Shown here piece after piece: positions 57,365-64,000 of a stretch of DNA of 64,000 nt. The stretch is taken from assembly GCA_039683575.1 (NCBI GenBank), contig JBDKRC010000243.1, positions 21,628 to 85,627 on the forward strand, read 5' to 3'. The position numbers and the translations under genes are program-made. The stretch comes from Armatimonadia bacterium. Lineage in GTDB: Bacteria; Armatimonadota; Zipacnadia; Zipacnadales; UBA11051. Each line of letters opens with the position of its first letter. Position 1 is the stretch's first letter. The notes below the pieces were generated by a model. That model was given only the letters and a program-made list of their open reading frames with translations. It made no database searches and was not told the origin of the DNA.

Positions 57365-58465
57365 TTACCAGTTAAACCGCGGGACCTCTCGCCAGTTGCC
57401 GTCGCTCATGGCGGATTCGTGGGCTACTATGCCCGGGATCGTGAAATCCATGGAGCGCATTACGTCTATGGGCGGGTGGACTTCGTTTTCGATGGAATCG
57501 AGGAAGTCGCGGATCATGTAGTACTCGGAGGTCCCGTGGCCGCCCTGCTTGGCCTCTTCGGGGGCCTTGGGGTCAACTACCGAACACTCAATGACCTCGG
57601 CGCTCTGGTGGCCGTTCTCGTCATTGGGCGTCTCGCCCTCGATCCAGAGATAGCCGTTGGTGTTGCTGCCATTGCGGCCATTCTCCACGTACCCCTTGGT
57701 GCCGTAGAGCGAGTAGTACACCATGTGCGGGTAGCGCGGGGCGACCTGGCTGCGCGCGATCTTGATGACCGCATCCTTTTCGGTGCGGAAGAGACCCACT
57801 TCCATGTCGAGGAAGCCGAGGTGGTCCTTCATCTCGGGGCGCTTGTGGAAGCCGGCGTGGCTGCCCGAGGCGGCGACAATCCGGTCGTCCATGAGCGTCA
57901 GCAGTGGCCCGAGGGTATGGGCGCAGTACCAGATCGGCGGGCGCTCGTGCCGCCAGAAGAACTCGCCGGTGGCCTTGTCCACGAGCAGGTTCTCGATTTC
58001 GTGCACATATTCTGCCTCGGCATAGTAGATCGGGCCCAGCTTGCCCTTCCGGACGATGTCCTGCCATTGGCGGACGTAGTGGAAGTAGCAGTAGTTCTCG
58101 GCCATCATGTAGGTGCGGCCGGAGCGCTTGACGGCCTGGACGATCTGGTCGCAGTCCGCGACAGTGTACGCGGCGGTCTGCTCGCACATGACGTGCTTGC
58201 CGGCCTCCAGCGCCGCAATGGTCTGCGGGGCATGGAAGCGGATCGGCGTGGCGATCATGACGATGTCCATGTCTGCGGCCAGGAACTGGTCATAGTCCGT
58301 GTACAGCGCCGAATCGGGCAGCGAAAACGCTCCGCCGAGATCGGAGAGAGTGTCGGGATTAAGGTCGCAAAGAGCGGTGACCTGCATCCGCGGATGGGCC
58401 GCAAATAGTGAGACGAAGCCCCTGCCGCGCCTGAGGCCGGCAATTCCTACTTTCCAAGTTTTCAT
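57365..58465 (-). CDS. Gfo/Idh/MocA family oxidoreductase
   Basis: MKTWKVGIAGLRRG, ATPIRFH, GKHVMCEQ, YMMAENYCY, YCAHTLGP; GGAGCAGG upstream. Confidence 0.9.
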   Translation of the reverse strand: MKTWKVGIAGLRRGRGFVSLFAAHPRMQVTALCDLNPDTLSDLGGAFSLPDSALYTDYDQFLAADMDIVMIATPIRFHAPQTIAALEAGKHVMCEQTAAYTVADCDQIVQAVKRSGRTYMMAENYCYFHYVRQWQDIVRKGKLGPIYYAEAEYVHEIENLLVDKATGEFFWRHERPPIWYCAHTLGPLLTLMDDRIVAASGSHAGFHKRPEMKDHLGFLDMEVGLFRTEKDAVIKIARSQVAPRYPHMVYYSLYGTKGYVENGRNGSNTNGYLWIEGETPNDENGHQSAEVIECSVVDPKAPEEAKQGGHGTSEYYMIRDFLDSIENEVHPPIDVMRSMDFTIPGIVAHESAMSDGNWREVPRFNW

Positions 58466-58560
58466 TGAGGACCTGCTCCGTGAAGGGTAGTTGCGACGAC
58501 GGCGCGAGACTGTTTCCTCACAGCAATTGGGAAAACCTACCTGGGGCTCAAAACAGGACC

Positions 58561-58574
58561 TGAAGACGTTAACA
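58561..58574. promoter_or_regulatory. possible LacI-family operator in the divergent promoter region
   Basis: TGAAGACGTTAACA, one mismatch to the TGWAANCGNTNWCA pattern. Confidence 0.35.
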
Positions 58575-58609
58575 GAGAAGAAGCCCCTGCATTTTGGATT
58601 ACGGAAGCG

Positions 58610-61600
58610 GTGAGATCTTTGCTGAACCGACGAATTTGCCTGCCCTGGCTGGCTGCGCTGCTCTTCCTGGCCCCGGCCATGGCTCAGGATACCGCCTCGC
58701 AATGGGTCTGGTACCCCGAACAGCCCGCCAGCGACGCCGTGCGCGAGACCCGGTGGTTCCGGAAGACCTTTGACCTGGCCGAACCCCCTCGGGAGGCCTC
58801 CCTGTGGCTGCTGGTCGATGACAACCACCAGTTGTGGGTGAACGGGCAGGGCCCCCTCACCCCCGCAGAGGCGATCGAGGGCACTCAACGCTACGACCTG
58901 ACCGCAGTGCTGGAGCAGGGCAAGAACGTGCTGGCGATCTCCGCCTACAACGGCGGCGGCCCGGCAGGGGTGATAGCGCGGCTGATCGTCAGATATGGCG
59001 ATGGGCGCGAGGCCATCATCAACTCTGACGCCTCGTGGCGGTCGGCGAAGGCCGAAGAGCCCGCCTGGACCACAGTAACGTTCGACGACAGCAAATGGCA
59101 GCCCGTGCGGCTCATCGGCGGGGCCTTCACCCAGCCGTGGTACGACATCCCACGCTTCCACATGAACCCCTTCATCACTGTCGAGGAAATGGCGGCGCTG
59201 GAGCGGGAGCGGGCGAAGATACTGGCCTCCCCTGAGCAGCTTGCCACGGAGAAGCCCGCGCGTGCGGAGATCAAGCAGCACAACGGGGCGCCGGCCCTCT
59301 TCATCAATGGCAAACCCGAGCCACTGGTGATGTATCGGGGAACGGTAGACCCGTTCAGCCCGTACGGCCGGAAGTTGCTCGGCGAGTTCCGCGATGCCGG
59401 AATTCATGCCTATGCGCCGTACGTGACGCTGGATCGGTGCTGGACCGGGCCCGGCAAGTACAACTTTCGCCTGCTCGATGACATAGTCCGGGCCTATCTG
59501 TCCGTTGATCCCGACGCCCACCTCACCATGCTGGTGCGGCTGGTGCCGCCGAGTTGGTGGTTTGAGGCCCATCCGGATGAGATGGTAGGCTATGCCACCT
59601 CCGACAAGATTGACAGCAACGACGAATCGGACCGGGTACTGCGCCCCTCGCCGGCTTCTGAGGTGTGGCGCAAGGAGTCTGGCGAGGCATGGGCGGCCCT
59701 GATCCGCCACATCGAGGCCCAGCCCTGGGGCAAGCGCGTAATCGGCTGGCATGCCTGCTATGGCATCTACGCCGAGTGGCACTACTTCGGCAGTTGGAGC
59801 CAGCAATACCCCGATACCGGCGCTGCGATGACCAAGACCTTCCGTGCCTACCTGCGGGATCAGTACGGGGATGTGAAGAAGCTGCAGGCCGCGTGGCAGG
59901 ACCCGCAGGTGACCTTTGACACTGCCGCGGTCCCCGGCGTGGAGCCGCGGAAGCTCGCCACGCTCGGGGCCTTCCGCGACCCGAAGTTCGAGCAGCGGGT
60001 CATCGACTACTACCGCTGCCAGCACAAGGTAATCGCCGATGACATCGAGTACTTCGGCAAGCTGGCCAAGCAGGAGACCAGGGGCCGCGCGATCTACGGC
60101 ATCTACTACGGGTACTTCATGGGAGTCTACCCGCAGGCGCAGGGCGGGCATCTGGAACTGGCGCGGTTGCTCAAGTCGCCATACATCGACTACTTCGTTG
60201 CGCCGTACGAATACGGGAACAGGCTGATGGGCGAGGACGGTCGCCTGCGCAGCCTCGCCGAGGCCTTCAACCTCGCGGGCAAGGCCCACATCATCGAAGC
60301 CGACACCCGCACCTACCTCCACCCGCGCGAGGAGCACGGGCGGACACAGAACCTGACCGAATCGCTCGCTGCGATCAGGCGCGAGTTCTCCACCGGCCTG
60401 ACCGAGCACACGGGCTACTGGTACGTAGACTTCGGCCCCGAGAGTGTCGGCGGGTGGTATGACAGCCCCGAGATCATGGCCACGATCAAGGACCTCTACG
60501 GCGTGGCTAAGCGGGCAGTTGACGTGCCCGCCAGGCGTGTAAGCGAGGTCGCCCTCATCTGTGACCTGCAGAGCGCCTACTACCTCTCCGACGGCGAGGG
60601 TATGGCGACCGCTTACAAGCTGATCATGGACACCACGCGGGAGATGTATCGCCTCGGAACTCCCTTTGACGCGATACTCCTGCCGCAACTCCCGCAAGCT
60701 GACCTGTCGCGCTACAAGGTGCTCGTGTTCCTGAACACCACGGCCATGACTGACGAGCAGGCCGCGTATGTGCAGAAGCTGCGCGAAGAGGGCAAGCACG
60801 CGATGGTGTTCCTGTGGGTACCGGGGCTGACGGGGCCGGACGGGGTGTCTGTGGCGCGGGCGGAGAAGATCACGGGGATGAAGCTGCAGAACGTCGGAGT
60901 GCATGCGCCCGGGGCAATGGTGGTGACCAGGCCGGATCATCCGCTGACCAGGGGCCTGCCGACGACCGCAGAGGCGAGCCTTGAGGTCACCGGCTCGGCA
61001 CCTGTGACTGGCTTTGACAAGGTCGGGAGCTGGAACAACCCCCGAACCGCTCTCTACATGGAGCAGCACTACCAGGGCTACGACGTGAAGCCCGCCGCGG
61101 GTGGCGTGAACTGGACCTTTGAGACCAGCGATACCTGGTCCGATCTACACTGGCAGGGCGAACTGAGCCCGGTGGACGGTATCGGCCTCGATGCCAGCAT
61201 CAGCGCCGCCTCGCCGCAGGCCAACATGGAAGTGGTCATCAAGGACGCGAACCTCGCGGAGTTCGTCACCCCGGTCGAGACCTTTGCCGACGCGAAGATG
61301 AAGACGCTCGCCTATCCGCTGGCCGCCTTTGACAACGCGCCGTGGTCCAAGAGCAAGCCTGAGCGGCCGGCGCTGCCCCTGCGCGGCATGAAGTTCGTCG
61401 TCGGCGGAGTGAACGGGATCGGCCCGGTGACGGTGCAACTGCGCAACCTGCGCACGCTCACCGGCACGGTCAAGGCCACACCAGTCTGCCGCTTCGGGGA
61501 CGGCACCTTCGGCCCGCTCGTGACGCCGCTGCCGCAGCCGGGCGTCGAGGTGCTGGGGCATATCGAGGGGCGTCAGGACGGCCTGCTGGCGACAAGCGGC

Positions 61601-61900
61601 AGAGGCCTTCAGACTGTTCTCTACTGCCCGGTGCCATATCTGCCGGCGGAGGTGCTGATGGGGGTCTTGGCGGAAGCGGGGGTGCACAGATACACGACCA
61701 ACCCGGCGGATGTGCTGCGGGCGGATTCGCGTTTCATGGCCCTTCATACCAAGGAGGGAGGCGCGCGGACGCTGTCTTTGCCCAAGCCTGCTACGCTGCG
61801 TGACGCCATCAGCGGGCAGACGATCGGCACCGGACGCCAGATCAAAGTAGACTTGCAGCCGAACTCCACCTCGATCTATGAGGTCGTCCCGGCGCAATGA
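58610..61900 (+). CDS. secreted beta-galactosidase-like (GH42-like) multidomain glycoside hydrolase
   Basis: Signal peptide AMA-Q; N-terminal galactose-binding-like domain (WFRKTF, DDNHQLWVNG, GKNVLAI); GIYAEWHY, YLRDQYGDVKKLQAAW, IEADTRT; LSRYKVLVF trimerisation-like region. Confidence 0.8.
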   Translation: MRSLLNRRICLPWLAALLFLAPAMAQDTASQWVWYPEQPASDAVRETRWFRKTFDLAEPPREASLWLLVDDNHQLWVNGQGPLTPAEAIEGTQRYDLTAVLEQGKNVLAISAYNGGGPAGVIARLIVRYGDGREAIINSDASWRSAKAEEPAWTTVTFDDSKWQPVRLIGGAFTQPWYDIPRFHMNPFITVEEMAALERERAKILASPEQLATEKPARAEIKQHNGAPALFINGKPEPLVMYRGTVDPFSPYGRKLLGEFRDAGIHAYAPYVTLDRCWTGPGKYNFRLLDDIVRAYLSVDPDAHLTMLVRLVPPSWWFEAHPDEMVGYATSDKIDSNDESDRVLRPSPASEVWRKESGEAWAALIRHIEAQPWGKRVIGWHACYGIYAEWHYFGSWSQQYPDTGAAMTKTFRAYLRDQYGDVKKLQAAWQDPQVTFDTAAVPGVEPRKLATLGAFRDPKFEQRVIDYYRCQHKVIADDIEYFGKLAKQETRGRAIYGIYYGYFMGVYPQAQGGHLELARLLKSPYIDYFVAPYEYGNRLMGEDGRLRSLAEAFNLAGKAHIIEADTRTYLHPREEHGRTQNLTESLAAIRREFSTGLTEHTGYWYVDFGPESVGGWYDSPEIMATIKDLYGVAKRAVDVPARRVSEVALICDLQSAYYLSDGEGMATAYKLIMDTTREMYRLGTPFDAILLPQLPQADLSRYKVLVFLNTTAMTDEQAAYVQKLREEGKHAMVFLWVPGLTGPDGVSVARAEKITGMKLQNVGVHAPGAMVVTRPDHPLTRGLPTTAEASLEVTGSAPVTGFDKVGSWNNPRTALYMEQHYQGYDVKPAAGGVNWTFETSDTWSDLHWQGELSPVDGIGLDASISAASPQANMEVVIKDANLAEFVTPVETFADAKMKTLAYPLAAFDNAPWSKSKPERPALPLRGMKFVVGGVNGIGPVTVQLRNLRTLTGTVKATPVCRFGDGTFGPLVTPLPQPGVEVLGHIEGRQDGLLATSGRGLQTVLYCPVPYLPAEVLMGVLAEAGVHRYTTNPADVLRADSRFMALHTKEGGARTLSLPKPATLRDAISGQTIGTGRQIKVDLQPNSTSIYEVVPAQ

Positions 61901-62487
61901 AGTCCATAGAAATACCGGTGAAGCCCATGCTGAGGCTCGTACTCACTACAATGGCGGTGGCCATGCTCATGGCAACTACGGTTCAGGGCCAGACGGAGCA
62001 GGGGGCGGCGGGAGTGGACTACGCGCGGCTCCTGCGCGAGCTCAAGCCGAAGATGACCTTCGAGTTCCTGCAGGACAACCTCAACGCCTACCTGCGCGCC
62101 CACCCGGACGAATTCGCGATCCCCGAGGGCTTCGAATCGCCCCATATCGCCTTCTTCACCAATGTCATCGAAGTCAGCGCGCGCACCAAGATCCTGTTCG
62201 TGCCGGCGCGGGTGCGGGTCGGGATGACGCCGGAGGTGCATGAGGGACGGCTGCGGCTGAAGGTCACGAGCATCAAGGCGGGCAAGATCCCCGTGCCGCC
62301 GAGCTTTCACCATGGCACCGCCGAGACCATCGCACGGGTCGTCAACGAGTTCCTGGAGCGCAACCAGGTACAGCTACAGTGCGTCGCAGTCCGCCGCGGG
62401 GCGATCATGGTCTCCGCCGCCGGAGGACCGGCGTCCGCCGCGGGAGGGCCGGCGCCCACGGCACAGCCCGAGCCCGACGAGCAGTAA
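61897..62487 (+). CDS. exported hypothetical protein (DUF2993/LmeA-like tubular fold possible)
   Basis: ATGA overlap; signal-like N-terminus; LNAYL, PEVHEGRLRL, IKAGKIPVP. Confidence 0.6.
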   Translation: MKSIEIPVKPMLRLVLTTMAVAMLMATTVQGQTEQGAAGVDYARLLRELKPKMTFEFLQDNLNAYLRAHPDEFAIPEGFESPHIAFFTNVIEVSARTKILFVPARVRVGMTPEVHEGRLRLKVTSIKAGKIPVPPSFHHGTAETIARVVNEFLERNQVQLQCVAVRRGAIMVSAAGGPASAAGGPAPTAQPEPDEQ

Positions 62488-62517
62488 CCATCTTCACCAA
62501 TCTCACGAGGTAGATCC

Positions 62518-64000
62518 ATGCTTCACAACGAGCTAACCCGGCCCGGCGGCTTTGTCGTCGGCGCGAACTATTGGGCGTCCCACGCCGGAACCGCAATGTG
62601 GCGCGAATGGCAGCCAGACGTCGTCGAGGACGACCTGCGCCGCCTGAGCGAAGCCGGGCTGCAACTCCTGCGCGTCTTCCCGCTCTGGAGCGACTTCCAG
62701 CCGATCCACCTCCTGCGCACCGGGCAAGGCAATCCCGTCGAGGTCCGCTTCGGCGAGGAGCCTCTGCCGGACGATGATTGGGGTCAGGCGGGCATCTCGG
62801 CCGAGATGATGCAGCGCTTCCGGGTCTTTCTGGACCTCGCCGACAAGTACGGCCTGCGGTTCAACATCGGGCTGCTGACCGGCTGGATGAGCGGCCGCCT
62901 CCACGTTCCCCCGGCCCTCGAGGGGCATGACGTGCTGACCGACCCGTGGGCGATCCGCTGGGAAGTGCGCTTCGTGCGCGAATTTGTGCGAGAGTTCAAG
63001 GATCACCCCGCCATCGCCGCCTGGGACCTCGGTAATGAATGCAACTGCATGGGCCGGGCCACCCAGGACGAGGCGTTCATCTGGTCATCGCAGATAGTCA
63101 ACGCCATCCGCGCCGAGGACCCCGACCATCCCGTCATCTCCGGCATGCACGGCCTGTCGCCGGAGGGCGTGTGGTCCGTCTTCGATCAGGCCGAACTGAC
63201 CGACATTCTGACCACCCATCCCTACCCGGTTTTCACGCCCCACTGCAATCAGGACCCCGTCAACACCATCCGCACGATCCTGCACAGCACCGCCGAGAGC
63301 CGCTACTATGCCGATATCGGCGGCAAGCCCTGCCTGTGCCAGGAGATCGGCACCCTGGGCCCTGTCATCGCCAGCGAGAAGATCGCCGCCGACTTCATCC
63401 GCTCCTGCCTCTTCTCGCTGTGGGCCAACGACTGCCATGGCCTCGTGTGGTGGTGCGCCCACGAGCAGACCGAACTCGCCCACCCGCCCTACGACTGGCA
63501 CGCGGTTGAGCGGGAACTGGGCCTGCTGCGCGTAGACAAGTCCTGTAAGCCGGTCATGGACGTGATCGGCGCCTTCCGGAAGATGGTGGACGACCTCCCC
63601 TTCTGCAGGGCGGGGGCTCGTACCCCGCCGGTAGTTGGGGCAGATGGTTCGGCAGGCGGCGGGGTACGAGCCGCAACGACCGGCGGGGTACGAGCCCCCG
63701 CCCAACAGTCCGGCGCGCTCCCCCCTGCCCGCAAGGAAGCCGTCTGCATCCTCACGCAGGGCCAGGACCACTGGGGCGTCGCCTACAGCGCCTATGTCCT
63801 CGCCAAGCAGGCCGGGTTCGACCTGCAGTTCCAGTACGCAACCCAGCCCATCCGCGACGCCCAGCTATACCTGCTTCCGTGCCTGACAGGGAACGCCATG
63901 ATCTCGCGGCGGCGGATGCGGGAGCTTATGGCGAAGGTCGAGGCCGGCGCCACGCTCTACATGTCGCTCGACAGCGGTCTGCCCAGCGACTTCGAGGCCA
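62518..64000 (+). CDS. GH5/GH2-like clan A glycoside hydrolase (3' end outside window) with an in-frame palindrome insertion
   Basis: Not in ORF track. GAGG RBS, ATG 62518: GANYWASHAG, LRVFPLWSDFQP, LLTGWMSG, AWDLGNE (acid/base), TTHPYP, CQEIG (nucleophile); frame open to the window end. Confidence 0.85.
   Translation, partial: MLHNELTRPGGFVVGANYWASHAGTAMWREWQPDVVEDDLRRLSEAGLQLLRVFPLWSDFQPIHLLRTGQGNPVEVRFGEEPLPDDDWGQAGISAEMMQRFRVFLDLADKYGLRFNIGLLTGWMSGRLHVPPALEGHDVLTDPWAIRWEVRFVREFVREFKDHPAIAAWDLGNECNCMGRATQDEAFIWSSQIVNAIRAEDPDHPVISGMHGLSPEGVWSVFDQAELTDILTTHPYPVFTPHCNQDPVNTIRTILHSTAESRYYADIGGKPCLCQEIGTLGPVIASEKIAADFIRSCLFSLWANDCHGLVWWCAHEQTELAHPPYDWHAVERELGLLRVDKSCKPVMDVIGAFRKMVDDLPFCRAGARTPPVVGADGSAGGGVRAATTGGVRAPAQQSGALPPARKEAVCILTQGQDHWGVAYSAYVLAKQAGFDLQFQYATQPIRDAQLYLLPCLTGNAMISRRRMRELMAKVEAGATLYMSLDSGLPSDFEA
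63604..63707. repeat. REPIN-like inverted pair inside the glycoside hydrolase CDS
   Basis: Arms 63604-63632 and 63679-63707 (27/29 complementary; core GGGCGGGGGCTCGTACCCCGCCGGT) plus a partial third copy at 63658-63672. Confidence 0.88.

Noticed and set aside
57365-61069. 1234-aa minus-strand ORF
   Set aside because: Only 57365-58465 is a real Gfo/Idh/MocA gene; the rest is the stop-free antisense frame of the 58610-61900 glycosidase, common in GC-rich DNA
1-64000. tRNA, rRNA, riboswitch, transposase or prophage genes
   Set aside because: None recognised by eye; a tRNAscan/Infernal run would be needed to exclude small RNAs

Overview
GC-rich bacterial chromosomal window with about 48 protein-coding genes and no rRNA, tRNA, CRISPR array, integrase or transposase that I can recognise. 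Gene style (many secreted glycoside-hydrolase-like proteins, Gfo/Idh/MocA and UroD-family paralogues, a C-GGGS lipoprotein, many palindromic repeats) suggests an Armatimonadota/PVC-like heterotroph; that assignment is inference only. Main contents: (i) carbohydrate-use genes (GH4, GH16, GH42-like, GH5-like, sugar ABC transporter, PfkB kinase, fucose/arabinose isomerase); (ii) an archaeal-type split glutamate synthase operon divergent from nrpR, with a sigma70 promoter followed by a perfect GGAA-N6-TTCC NrpR box; (iii) two exported Cys-rich putative metal-binding proteins, one with a metallothionein-like tail; (iv) a variable region where the 3' end of a Gfo/Idh/MocA gene occurs three times, each copy encoding its own KRPIELWL-stop terminus and followed by a different gene, like a stacked cassette array; (v) many REP-like palindrome families, at least five copies of which lie in frame inside four protein-coding genes. 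All product calls are by motif recognition, not database search, and several starts were moved from the ORF track to RBS-supported codons.
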